A stretch of DNA of 45,114 bases from NCBI GenBank assembly GCA_902789705.1, contig CADAPI010000015.1:1-45114 (forward strand). Direction: 5' to 3'. Of this stretch, positions 1 to 9,260 are shown one piece after another. The notes beneath the pieces are model-generated. The model did no database searches. It was not told the origin of the DNA and saw only the letters and a program-made list of their open reading frames with translations. A program made the position numbers and the translations under genes. Source of the stretch: an uncultured Ruminococcus sp. Its GTDB lineage: Bacteria; Bacillota; Clostridia; Oscillospirales; Ruminococcaceae. How positions within the stretch are numbered: the stretch's first letter is position 1; every line of letters begins with the position of its first letter.

Positions 1-87
1 TACGGAAAAGGAAATTTGCTGACGACTGTATATGCAGCGAATATTCCGTATGATGAGTGTGATAAAATTGTTGAATCAATAAGTTGA
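1..87 (+). CDS. 3' end of a hypothetical protein entering from the left edge (YGKGNLLTTVYAANIPYDECDKIVESIS*)
   Basis: Frame 1 is open from base 1 to TGA at 85-87; too short to assign. Confidence 0.45.
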   Translation, partial: YGKGNLLTTVYAANIPYDECDKIVESIS

Positions 88-350
88 AAAGGGGCGTTTC
101 ACAGCAAAATAAAAGGCATCATGTGCAACGATGCATGATACTATAATAAGCTGCCAGAGGTAGCTAACCTATTTGTGATATAGCAATACAACTAATTTAT
201 TGCTACTGATTTTATGAGTTGGTACAAACTTTGAATTTTTCTGTCACAAATCTGTGCGGAAAGACACTATATTTATAGAGGCATTCGAAGTAGAGCTTAT
301 AGAGTTCGAATGATTATAAAAATAAATTTCAAATATGGGGGTATTTTATT

Positions 351-946
351 ATGAAAAAGAAAATGTTTACTTTAGGTTTGTGTTTATCAGTGTTATTTAA
401 TGCGACAGCTGCGGTTTGCTCAGCCGCACCTAATGAGGTACTGGATAAGGACGGTATTGCATATGTAATGAGCGGATTTAAAGGTTATTATCTCGAAGAC
501 GGCGTCTATTATCTTAAACAGACCACAAATGAATTCGGAAAACCAATAAAGGGAGCAGATGAATACAGAGCTGAGGTTGAAATCCCGCCGGGAGAGTATT
601 ACGCAAGCTTAAAGCTTCAGGCGTTGAGTGCAACTTATCCGGAAGGAAAGTTTGCGGTGCGTTTCAGAGCGGATGACGGATCAAAGATGCTCAGCGAACC
701 GGAAAGCGAACATATGACAGCTCAAAGTTACATGCAGAAGATGACAGTCAGAAAAAAGGGGATGTCAATGGAGACAAAGTGATAGACGTCGGAGATCTGT
801 CGTATCTGTCACTTTATCTTTTAGGAGATAAGCCTTTACCTGAAGAATGGCTGAAAGCTGCAGATGTTGACGGCGACGGTGATGTAACTATCGCAGACCT
901 TGCTAGACTTCAGCAGTATCTTTCAAAAAAGATAACATCATTCTGA
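351..946 (+). CDS. Secreted protein with C-terminal dockerin, split by a -1 frame change (ORF 351-782; dockerin 758-946 in the -1 frame)
   Basis: Signal peptide MKKKMFTLGLCLSVLF...SAA. The -1 frame reads GDVNGDKVIDVGDLSYLSLYLLGD...KAADVDGDGDVTIADLARLQQYLSKKITSF*, with two Ca-binding dockerin repeats closely similar to the dockerin of 16361-19624. Confidence 0.75.
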
Positions 947-995
947 TATTCAGCAATTTTCATCCTTAAGGATTACTCTGAATAAATAAAATCAG

Positions 996-1033
996 CGGGA
1001 GTACCGGTAAATCAAAATCCGGTGCTCCCGTTT
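996..1033 (+). terminator. Probable intrinsic terminator after the dockerin gene
   Basis: CGGGAGTACCGG...CCGGTGCTCCCG stem followed by TTT. Confidence 0.55.
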
Positions 1034-1142
1034 GCTTCTGTATAATGGTAGTCTTCACCCCTGCGGGACGAAGACTGCTATAGAAAAAACGAGCTAGTCA
1101 GCTTGTTTTGTAAAATTGCGCCGAATGCGCCACATTTATCAG

Positions 1143-1168
1143 AAAAGGCACCCAACAGGTGCCTTTTG
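1143..1168. terminator. Bidirectional terminator downstream of proS
   Basis: AAAAGGCACC-caaca-GGTGCCTTTT. Confidence 0.65.
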
Positions 1169-1195
1169 AACATATAAGTTGATATTACTGAGTTA

Positions 1196-2647
1196 TCAGT
1201 ACGCCTTGCCCCAGTAAACCATGTGCTTAGCCGGCTTGCCGCAGCATACGCATACGTCGGAGATGTGTTCCTGCTTGAGCGGGATGCATCTTGAACCAAC
1301 GCCTGTCTTTTCCTTGACTTCATCTTCACATGCTTCTTCGCCGCACCACATAGCTTTAACGAAACCGTCGCCCTTTTCTTCGAGGCTCTTTATGATCTCG
1401 TCCATTGTCTTACATGCGTAAGTTCTCTTTTCGCGGTTTTCGAGAGCCTTTGCGTAGAGACCGTCATGAACTTCAGTGAGCTTCTTCTGAACTTCTTCTG
1501 CGAGGTTGTCGAGGCTTACTACAGTCTTTTCACGGTTGTGACGTGTTACGAGAACGCACTGGTTGTTTTCGATATCCTTAGGACCGATCTCGAGTCTTAC
1601 CGGAACGCCCTTCATTTCGTATTCGGCAAACTTCCAGCCTGCTGAGTTATCTGTGTCGTCGAGTTTTACTCTGATGCCTGCAGCCCTGAGTTCATCTGCG
1701 AGAGCATTTGCCTTGTCGAGAACGCCTTCCTTATGCATTGCGATCGGGATGATAGCGAGCTGGACAGGTGCAACTGCCGGTGGGAGAACGAGACCGTTGT
1801 CGTCACCGTGAGTCATGATGATGGCACCGATAAGACGTGTTGTAACGCCCCATGATGTCTGGTGAGGATTTACTTTCTTGTTTTCCTTGTCTGTGTATTC
1901 GATGCCGAAAGCCTTTGCAAAACCGTCGCCGAAGTAGTGTGAAGTACCGGCCTGAAGTGCCTTGCCGTCGTGCATGAGAGCTTCGATAGCGTATGTTGAA
2001 ACAGCACCTGCGAACTTGTCGCTTTCAGTCTTCTTACCCTGGATAACAGGCATTGCGAGATACTTTTCGCAGAATTCTGTATAAACATTGAGCATCTTTT
2101 CTGTTTCTTCGATAGCCTCTTCAGCAGTAGCGTGGATAGTGTGACCTTCCTGCCAGAGGAATTCTCTTGAACGGAGGAAAGGACGTGTTGTCTTTTCCCA
2201 TCTTACAACGCTTACCCACTGGTTGTAGAGCTTAGGAAGATCGCGGTATGAGTGAACGATGTTTGCGTAGTGTTCACAGAAGAGAGTTTCTGATGTAGGA
2301 CGTACACAGAGTCTGTCCTCGAGCTTTTCGTTACCGCCCATTGTTACCCATGCTACTTCCGGAGCGAAGCCTTCAACGTGATCCTTTTCCTTCTGGAGAA
2401 GGCTTTCAGGGATGAACATAGGCATGCAGACATTTTCGTGACCTGTAGCCTTGAACATTCCGTCGAGTATCTTCTGGATGTTTTCCCAGATAGCGTAGCC
2501 GTAAGGGCGGATCACCATACATCCCTTTACGCTTGTGTATTCGATAAGTTCAGCTTTCTTTACGATGTCGGTATACCATTTTGCGAAGTCTTCATCCATT
2601 GAAGTGATGGCTTCGACCATTTTCTGATTGTTATTATTCTTTGCCAT
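1196..2647 (-). CDS. proS: Proline--tRNA ligase (archaeal/eukaryote-like type)
   Basis: [42 protein letters not shown]-terminal [18 protein letters not shown]. Confidence 0.97.
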   Translation of the reverse strand: MAKNNNNQKMVEAITSMDEDFAKWYTDIVKKAELIEYTSVKGCMVIRPYGYAIWENIQKILDGMFKATGHENVCMPMFIPESLLQKEKDHVEGFAPEVAWVTMGGNEKLEDRLCVRPTSETLFCEHYANIVHSYRDLPKLYNQWVSVVRWEKTTRPFLRSREFLWQEGHTIHATAEEAIEETEKMLNVYTEFCEKYLAMPVIQGKKTESDKFAGAVSTYAIEALMHDGKALQAGTSHYFGDGFAKAFGIEYTDKENKKVNPHQTSWGVTTRLIGAIIMTHGDDNGLVLPPAVAPVQLAIIPIAMHKEGVLDKANALADELRAAGIRVKLDDTDNSAGWKFAEYEMKGVPVRLEIGPKDIENNQCVLVTRHNREKTVVSLDNLAEEVQKKLTEVHDGLYAKALENREKRTYACKTMDEIIKSLEEKGDGFVKAMWCGEEACEDEVKEKTGVGSRCIPLKQEHISDVCVCCGKPAKHMVYWGKAY

Positions 2648-2935
2648 TTATTCGTCCTCATTTCTGGTTGTTTTATTGTGTTCCTGAACCTCAGGAAACA
2701 GAGTTTTTAATGGTTTTTCGTCGTCAGGAGCGGGTTCGAATGCACTTCGCACCTGATAAAGTCTTTCGTCCTCACCGGGTCGTTCCTTCTGACTGCGGTG
2801 CCGGTCGATTAAAGCTGCAAGCTTTGGTGTAAGAAGCGTCACCAGAAAGATAAGGAAGAGTATGAGCAGCAGTTTTCCGAGAAAGACAAAGGAAACTGCA
2901 ATTGAAAGTCCCTCGGTTGTTTCCAGTTCAGACAC
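2648..2935 (-). CDS. Small single-pass membrane hypothetical protein, coupled to proS
   Basis: Hydrophobic N-terminal segment; stop codon abuts the proS start. Confidence 0.7.
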   Translation of the reverse strand: MSELETTEGLSIAVSFVFLGKLLLILFLIFLVTLLTPKLAALIDRHRSQKERPGEDERLYQVRSAFEPAPDDEKPLKTLFPEVQEHNKTTRNEDE

Positions 2936-3020
2936 CTCATTTCCGGTAAATTCTTTTTTGCATACATTATAATTATACCATAATATACGCGAAAATCAAG
3001 GGAAAAAAGCTTAACAAGGT

Positions 3021-3146
3021 GAAAAGCCGGTACTCTTTCGAGCACCGGCTTTTCGGGTTAGGATTGTATGTGTAAAGTTAAATGAAAATGTCATATTTAA
3101 TAGAAGATTATTTTTTACTGAATCATTGTATCTGCTTTTATCTTCT
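3021..3146 (-). ncRNA. Candidate ~125-nt small RNA
   Basis: Minus-strand TTGACA (3176-3181)-17 bp-TATCAT (3153-3158), no substantial ORF, then terminator GAAAAGCCGGTGCTCgaaaGAGTACCGGCTTTTC (3021-3054). Confidence 0.45.
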
Positions 3147-3449
3147 GTATTTATGATACCATAGCATATGGGTTATGTCAAATAGATAAAATGGAATATC
3201 ATATATAGACAAATCAGTATAGCCGTACATGGATACAGCAAAAGACCAGTATTTACATATCAGAAAAGCAATTGTGCACATGACATTTAACAAAAACTTT
3301 CACGAAATCCATAAAATCTTATATTCTTCCATAAAAATTTGTATGTTTTTTCTGTGACATTTCAGGAGGAACTGCGTTAAAACAGCTATTGAAAACATAG
3401 TAAACCTATGGTATAATAATATTATCATTTCATGAACGGAGGAGATACT

Positions 3450-3881
3450 GTGAAGATCTCAACAAAGGGAAGATATGCGCTAAGACTTGTAATAGATCTT
3501 GCGATGCATGCTGATGACGGCTTCGTAACACTGAAGGATATTGCCGCAAGACAGAATATTTCAAAGAAATATCTCGAACAGATCGTTCCGATGCTGAACA
3601 GGTCGGGAATACTTAAAACAAACAGAGGCTATCAGGGTGGTTACAAGCTTGCCCGTTCTCCTGAAAGCTGCACCGTAGGTGAGATACTCATGGTCACCGA
3701 AGGAAATCTTGCTCCGGTAAGCTGCCTTGAAAACGAGGTCAACGAATGTCCGAGAGCGGGCGAATGCATGACTCTTTTCATCTGGGAGGAGCTCCATAAA
3801 AGAACTACGGATTATCTCAACAGTATAACCGTTAAGGATGTTATAGACCGTGCGAACAATAACAATGACTATGTGATCTGA
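3450..3881 (+). CDS. Rrf2-family transcriptional regulator (IscR/CymR-like, three Cys)
   Basis: MKISTKGRYALR, ISKKYLEQI, RGYQGGYKLA, SCLENEVNECPRAGEC; GTG start after GGAGG. Confidence 0.92.
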   Translation: MKISTKGRYALRLVIDLAMHADDGFVTLKDIAARQNISKKYLEQIVPMLNRSGILKTNRGYQGGYKLARSPESCTVGEILMVTEGNLAPVSCLENEVNECPRAGECMTLFIWEELHKRTTDYLNSITVKDVIDRANNNNDYVI

Positions 3882-3901
3882 CCGCAGATTTTCTGAAAAA
3901 T

Positions 3902-3939
3902 AAAGACCGTATCGCTGTTTTAAAGGGATACGGTCTTTT
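3902..3939. terminator. Bidirectional terminator between the Rrf2 gene and luxS
   Basis: AAAGACCGTATC...GATACGGTCTTTT between convergent genes. Confidence 0.7.
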
Positions 3940-3957
3940 TGCATGTTATGGTATTTA

Positions 3958-4419
3958 TCAGTCTTTGTAGTTCATGTCATCTGCAGTAACGTTCTTAAGT
4001 GCTTCGTTGTATTCCGCAGCATCAGCCTTTGCAGCATCGAGATCATGTTCGAGATAGTTGCCGCATTCCGCCTTTGATGAACCAGGGATGGTTCCGGTAA
4101 AGTCTGCGATGAATACGAATGCTTTCTTTACAAGCTCAAGAACTTCTGCTCTGGATACGCTGTCGCGTACTATAAGATAGAAGCCGCTGCGGCAGCCCAT
4201 AGGTCCGGCGTAGATGATCTGGTCGGAATATTCCGAGTTGCGGACATAAGTTGCAAGAAGGTGTTCTATAGTATGGAGTGACTTCGGTGAAATGAAGCTT
4301 CCTGCATTAGGCTTCTTCATTCTGAGGTCGTATGTAATGGCATCGCCGTCTACTCTTGAAATGTAAACACCTTTTTCAAGTGTGTCATGGTTTACTGTGA
4401 AGCTCGCGATTTTTTTCAT
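3958..4419 (-). CDS. luxS: S-ribosylhomocysteine lyase LuxS
   Basis: IASFTVNH, HTIEHLLAT, GPMGCRSGFYL, CGNYLEHDL; ATG at 4419 after AGAGGAA. Confidence 0.95.
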   Translation of the reverse strand: MKKIASFTVNHDTLEKGVYISRVDGDAITYDLRMKKPNAGSFISPKSLHTIEHLLATYVRNSEYSDQIIYAGPMGCRSGFYLIVRDSVSRAEVLELVKKAFVFIADFTGTIPGSSKAECGNYLEHDLDAAKADAAEYNEALKNVTADDMNYKD

Positions 4420-4462
4420 GTATAGGTTCCTCTTTTCTGTTGCCTGCAGTGCAGTAAATTCG

Positions 4463-5185
4463 TCAGTCAAGCTCTTCACCTTCGACTATTTCGAAAGTGT
4501 TCCCCGTTATCTTTGCTATGCTGTCGAATATCATATAGTGTTTGTGCGTACACTGCATGTTGCGGTGGTAATGCCCTGAAAACCACAGATCAAAGTCAAG
4601 ATTGTGATTGACTTTCTGAAAAAAGTCAGTCAGCCGGTTTGGCTTGTAGATATCTGTCATTTCCAGTTCCTTAAGAATAAACGTCGGAAGTGAATGTGAG
4701 ATAACAATGTCAACTTTCCAGTCGTTTTTTTCAAGATTTTCGGCTCCGAGTGTCATTTCACGAAGTGACGGCATCTCCTGAGGCCAGTATGAAACGCCGG
4801 GTATGCGGAACTGCTTGTCGTGGCTTTCCGCGCCGCCGAACGCAAATATTTTTTTGTCATCGATGGTGAATACGCTGCCCCTGCACAGATGATAGATGCT
4901 GTCGGTGATCTTCTGGATCTTGCCGCCTTTCCAGTCCTCTATGCGGTACCGGCCGAGAAGTGAGTAGTTTTCGTGATTACCGTCGATCCACAGTGTGGTC
5001 CACGGCTTGCGTTCCAGCCACTTCAGCCAGTAGCGTTCAGTCCGGGATTCATCCCACAGAAATCCAAAATCACCGCAGATTATCATGTAATCCTTTCGGG
5101 TGAGTCCGGACTGCGCAGGAAACTCGTCCTTGCCGAACTTGCGGAGATCGTATTCGCCGTGTACATCTCCGGTAATAAAAATCAT
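4463..5185 (-). CDS. Calcineurin-like metallophosphoesterase
   Basis: GDVHG, CGDFG, IDGNHEN, SHS, SGHYH motifs. Confidence 0.9.
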   Translation of the reverse strand: MIFITGDVHGEYDLRKFGKDEFPAQSGLTRKDYMIICGDFGFLWDESRTERYWLKWLERKPWTTLWIDGNHENYSLLGRYRIEDWKGGKIQKITDSIYHLCRGSVFTIDDKKIFAFGGAESHDKQFRIPGVSYWPQEMPSLREMTLGAENLEKNDWKVDIVISHSLPTFILKELEMTDIYKPNRLTDFFQKVNHNLDFDLWFSGHYHRNMQCTHKHYMIFDSIAKITGNTFEIVEGEELD

Positions 5186-5445
5186 GTTTATTAGTCCCCT
5201 CTCACTAATAATCTCTATACTAAAATTTTATCATTTTTTGCACATCAAGTCAATATAAAAAATAGCGTTTATAACGTCAGAATCTACATATCAGGAGTTC
5301 TTTAAACGGCAATATTCAGTGCTTTGGCTATAGTTTCCGCATCAGCAAGAAATATGTTGAAACTTCTGCATCTTATGTGATATAATTTAAAGCATAAATA
5401 CAAAAACAATTATAATCCTGATAATTTATAAACCGGAGGATAAAA

Positions 5446-6927
5446 ATGAAGAACAGAAAGATAGCTTCAGGAATAGCTGCGCTGAGTATCGCAATCAGTC
5501 TTACAGGATGCGGCGAAGCAAACAAGATCCTTGAACAGGTTGATAACAGGGATTTTGACGCAGCGCTCGGTATTTATGATTCAAATACTCTTAAGGACAA
5601 TGAACTTGATACACTTTCAGAAGGTATGAAAACACGTATCAGCACATATGTCGACAGTTATGCAAAAAATGAGATCACTTATGAAGAATTTGAAAAGCTC
5701 ATCGACTTTGCTGAACTTCTCAAGGTGAACAAAATAACTTCTTTCATCACTGGTATTACTGATGATGTTAAGTCGCTTAAGGGATCAAAGGCAAACTACT
5801 TGAGCGCCCGGAATAACTACGAAGCAGGAAATTATACGCAGACTCTTGAATATCTCGGCAGGGTCATCGAAAAGGACGGATACTACTCAGATGCTCAGCT
5901 TATGAAGGATGAGGCTGTTTCTTCATTAAAGGACGAGATCTCTTCAAAGGTCGATGAATATATTGAAAAGAATGAGTATACAGGTGCTGTGGACTATGTA
6001 CGTTTACAGAAGAGAAAGAGCGGATTCCCTGAAGAGCTTACTTCGACTGCAGATGATCTGGAAAACAAGGCTGTTACAGCAATGGCTGTTTCCATGGCAG
6101 CTGACTATGTAAGCCGTGGTGATGTTATCGGTGCTCTTGATCAGATAGTATACGTCACAAATAATTATGAAATAAAGGATAAGACTGATCTTACAGGTTA
6201 TATTAAGACATTTTTAACGGATGAAGTCAGGAAAGCACGTGATGAGGAAAACTATATCTATGCTCTGCAGCTTCTTAACAAGGCTGACGGGATAGTCGAT
6301 GACGACGGGATCACAAAGGAGATAAATGATATCGAAGCAGTCAAACCTTTATATCTCTATGATCTGACATGTACAAAACAGAACAGGTTCGAAATAATTG
6401 ATCCAGGTGTGGAGCTTAAAGACAGCTCGGGAAACATGTACATGGCAGGCGGCCTGGTTACACTTAGTGCAGACAACAGCTGGAGCAGTGAAACAGCAAG
6501 TGCGGAATACTATCTGGGAAAGACGTGCGGTGTAATGAGCGGCACTGTTGCATGCGAGGATACATCATACAAAGACGCTAAGGCGATCTTCAGAATTGAA
6601 GGTGACGGAGAAGTTGTATTCGAGCAGGAAGTACACAGAAAGACGGCACCTGTACAGTTCAGTGCAGATATGTCGAAGTACGAATGGCTCAGGATTTCTC
6701 TTGCCAGTTCGGACGTCGGTGAATGCAATGTTATTCTTGCAGACTGTAAGTTTGCAAATCCGGGTGAAGCTATAAATCCTGCAGTAACAGGGACTGAGAC
6801 AACTGAAGCTCCGGCCGGAACAACAGCGGCTGAAAGTGAGGGAACAGCTCATACTGAAGAAGTTACAACGACGGCTGGAACAGTGGAAAAAGCCGAAGAA
6901 ACTAAAGTAACCGAGGCTGGTGAGTAA
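5446..6927 (+). CDS. Lipoprotein with helical repeat region, NPCBM/NEW2-like domain and Thr/Glu-rich tail
   Basis: Lipobox SLTGC; C-terminal beta-rich region (YLYDL...FRIEGDGEVVFE...WLRI); low-complexity tail. Confidence 0.7.
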   Translation: MKNRKIASGIAALSIAISLTGCGEANKILEQVDNRDFDAALGIYDSNTLKDNELDTLSEGMKTRISTYVDSYAKNEITYEEFEKLIDFAELLKVNKITSFITGITDDVKSLKGSKANYLSARNNYEAGNYTQTLEYLGRVIEKDGYYSDAQLMKDEAVSSLKDEISSKVDEYIEKNEYTGAVDYVRLQKRKSGFPEELTSTADDLENKAVTAMAVSMAADYVSRGDVIGALDQIVYVTNNYEIKDKTDLTGYIKTFLTDEVRKARDEENYIYALQLLNKADGIVDDDGITKEINDIEAVKPLYLYDLTCTKQNRFEIIDPGVELKDSSGNMYMAGGLVTLSADNSWSSETASAEYYLGKTCGVMSGTVACEDTSYKDAKAIFRIEGDGEVVFEQEVHRKTAPVQFSADMSKYEWLRISLASSDVGECNVILADCKFANPGEAINPAVTGTETTEAPAGTTAAESEGTAHTEEVTTTAGTVEKAEETKVTEAGE

Positions 6928-6933
6928 TTTATT

Positions 6934-7818
6934 ATGGCGTTGCACGAATTTGCAGTTTCTTCGACGCTGAAATACGGACATAAGGGAACCGATACCCTTG
7001 AATATATCGGCCTTACTCTGAAGAACGGATGTTTTGAACGCTCAAAGCTCTATCATTTAGCAAAGAATGATTTTGAGGTACACGAGGGCTGGCGAAAAGA
7101 GATATTTGAAAGATGGCTTAAGCGCATCTGCGAAAACTACGAAGCGAAGATATGTGATTTTTCTGAGGCTGGTACTATTTATACACCGACTTACAGAATG
7201 ATACTTCAGTTACGGAATTTTTTCAGCATGGAAACTGCGGAAAAGCTGATCTCAGAGGAATTTCCTGATGTGCCGTCTGATATCACGGACAAATGCATCA
7301 GATGTATGAAAGCCTTGAAAGAAGGGCTCGGAATGCAGGAGTCACCGCTTATGCAGGTTGGTATCGAGCTGGATGCAGACATGAAGTTTAAAAGTTTCAA
7401 GTATTATCTGTGCGTCGAAAAGACTAAGCTTCCGAAGGAGAAACTGGCTGAGGCTATGGTCAGTTTTGCAGAAGCTGCAGGCGTATGCAGTGATACAGGG
7501 CGCATGGACAGACTCATACGGGATGTCTGCACATGCTGGTACAGACCGATTTTTATAGGTGTCAATGACGATGCAGAAGAGACGGAGGCAAAACTCTACT
7601 TTATCTCAGAGATATTCGGACACGCTCTGAAAACAAAGCCTGCCGGGCAGACAGAACGTATAAGTGAGATCCTGGGGTTTGACAAGGGACTTACAGAAGA
7701 ACTCATGACCGCATGGGAACAGGCTCATTTATACTCGCAGGGCGTTGCAGTGACCTTTGGCGATCCTTCAGTGCTCAGGCTGTACCTGAGAGAACTGCAG
7801 GAAGCGTATTTCAGATAG
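6934..7818 (+). CDS. Hypothetical protein, possibly ABBA prenyltransferase-like barrel
   Basis: 294-aa ORF; recurring hydrophobic-Gly...K/R-x-Y beta-hairpin motifs (fold assignment is inference). Confidence 0.6.
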   Translation: MALHEFAVSSTLKYGHKGTDTLEYIGLTLKNGCFERSKLYHLAKNDFEVHEGWRKEIFERWLKRICENYEAKICDFSEAGTIYTPTYRMILQLRNFFSMETAEKLISEEFPDVPSDITDKCIRCMKALKEGLGMQESPLMQVGIELDADMKFKSFKYYLCVEKTKLPKEKLAEAMVSFAEAAGVCSDTGRMDRLIRDVCTCWYRPIFIGVNDDAEETEAKLYFISEIFGHALKTKPAGQTERISEILGFDKGLTEELMTAWEQAHLYSQGVAVTFGDPSVLRLYLRELQEAYFR

Positions 7819-7861
7819 TGGTTAATAACATAATGCAGGGCCCTCACAGCAAGAGAAAAAG

Positions 7862-7903
7862 AAAAGCTCAGAAACAGCGTAAAAGCAGTGTTTCTGAGCT
7901 TTT
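7862..7903. terminator. Bidirectional terminator downstream of tRNA-Glu
   Basis: AAAAGCTCAGAAACA...TGTTTCTGAGCTTTT. Confidence 0.65.
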
Positions 7904-7908
7904 TGATT

Positions 7909-7983
7909 TGGTGACCCGTACGGGAATTGAACCCATGATTCCGCCGTGAAAGGGCAGCGTCTTAACCTCTTGACCAACGGGCC
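7909..7983 (-). tRNA. tRNA-Glu (TTC)
   Basis: Reverse complement GGCCCGTTGGTCAAGAGGTTAAGACGCTGCCC-T-TTC-ACGGCGGAATCATGGGTTCAATTCCCGTACGGGTCACCA folds as a cloverleaf with encoded CCA. Confidence 0.96.
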
Positions 7984-7989
7984 ATATAA

Positions 7990-8009
7990 TAGCGGCAGTG
8001 GGATTCGAA
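7990..8009 (-). pseudogene. 3' remnant of a tRNA (T-loop plus acceptor 3' strand, Met-like)
   Basis: Minus strand TTCGAAT-CCCAC-TGCCGCT-A with no matching 5' half. Confidence 0.5.
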
Positions 8010-8038
8010 TTGTGTGCTGTGCATCACACAGCTTTTAT

Positions 8039-8067
8039 ATTATACTATATTTTCTGATGATTGTCAA
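8039..8067 (-). promoter_or_regulatory. Consensus sigmaA promoter for tRNA-Glu
   Basis: TTGACA-17 bp-TATAAT on the minus strand. Confidence 0.8.
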
Positions 8068-8367
8068 GAGAAAATTGAAATTTTTTTAAAATTCTCGTGA
8101 ATTAATGATGTGGATAGATAGCAAACTGCTGTGGAAAAATATGTCTGCTTTAACCGTTTTTTTTTAATAATATAATGATACTATTCGGGGCAATTGCAGT
8201 TTGATTTTTTATATCACTCGTTTTTACGCGGGTTGTGCATGTTAATATTTTAACCTTTTCTGTATATACAAACAGACCTCTGATTTTTTAAGGAATCAGA
8301 GGTTTGTTTGCCATTGTATATTGCTATACTAAAGAAATGAGTTCCGATCAATAGATAATGTCTTTAA

Positions 8368-8619
8368 TTAAGCAAGAATATAGTCTTCTGCGATTTCGCT
8401 TACGAAATCCGGCTCTACGATGTTTCTTACCAGTGTTTCGATGAAGTCTATTGCCTGATCACGCTTTGTTGTGAAGCTGTGGAGTATGGTCTCACGGTGT
8501 GAGTGTGTATCTTTTACCATGATTCCGTATACGTTCTGCTTTGTTTCCTCGTCTGTTTCGCTGAAAGCTGTGTAGATGAGTTCTGTGTTACCAAGGCATT
8601 CATTATAAATTGTTTTCAT
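8368..8619 (-). CDS. Small hypothetical protein (DUF6514-like)
   Basis: YGIMVK...AIDFIETLVRNIVEPDFVSEIAEDYI pattern; AGGAGG RBS; terminator near 8270-8310. Confidence 0.7.
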   Translation of the reverse strand: MKTIYNECLGNTELIYTAFSETDEETKQNVYGIMVKDTHSHRETILHSFTTKRDQAIDFIETLVRNIVEPDFVSEIAEDYILA

Positions 8620-8714
8620 AGTTTTTTCCTCCTGAAATTACGTTTTCTTTTTGATTTTTTGTTTTTATAGTTTGTTTTTTTATTTGATTTTGTTTTGCTG
8701 TTTTCTATGCTTTT

Positions 8715-8800
8715 ATTATAAAATATATTTCGGATAATTTCAACCGTTTCGCCCTAAGAGGTAGTCGTTTCGCCCTAAGAGGTATTTTTTCTCCTAAGAG
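8715..8800 (-). promoter_or_regulatory. sigmaA promoter with upstream 19-bp direct repeat (21-bp period), LytTR-box-like
   Basis: TTGAAA (8738-8743)-17 bp-TATAAT (8715-8720); CGTTTCGCCCTAAGAGGTA at 8745-8763 and 8766-8784; partial CCTAAGAG at 8793-8800. Confidence 0.65.
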
Positions 8801-9163
8801 TTTCCATTTAGTAGTAAAATTTATATACAAAATAGCTCAAAAAGCTACATATAATCGTGGAATAATTTTCTTCAGGCAATAGATACCTTTGCTTTCCTGC
8901 GTTCTATTATATATAATACAGGAGAAGAACAAGAGGAGAAAAACAATTTTTCATAAAAAAATCATGGTTTACAACCTGATTTTAAACCATTAAACCTTTG
9001 CAACCAACCAACATGCAACTCGAAACTGCAAATTATGAAACCATGCGGTTTGCGAATGCGAGGAAGGTTTAAAGGTTTACAAAAGAGCCTTTAAACCTCA
9101 TTAAACCGCGGAAATGCGTGGCACAGAGGCGGAAGGAATCGATGAAGCAACACCAAAAATCTA

Positions 9164-9192
9164 TTGACAACCGCGATGAAAAGGTATATAAT
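9164..9192 (+). promoter_or_regulatory. Consensus sigmaA promoter of the DUF536-like gene
   Basis: TTGACA (9164-9169)-17 bp-TATAAT (9187-9192); CAACC overlaps the -35 and TAAACT follows the -10. Confidence 0.75.
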
Positions 9193-9260
9193 TAAACTAC
9201 AGTTAAAAACAGGTCAATATATTAGTTGACAACAGATAGCGGACTCCGGGAGGAAAATAT

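Noticed and set aside
2936-3020. T-box leader for proS (also sought before metG and cysS)
   Set aside because: No AGGGTGGNACCGCG-type motif in a leader with an antiterminator, and the leaders are too short.
5446-7983. Genomic island or prophage integrated at tRNA-Glu
   Set aside because: No integrase and no duplicated tRNA-Glu 3' end found in the window.
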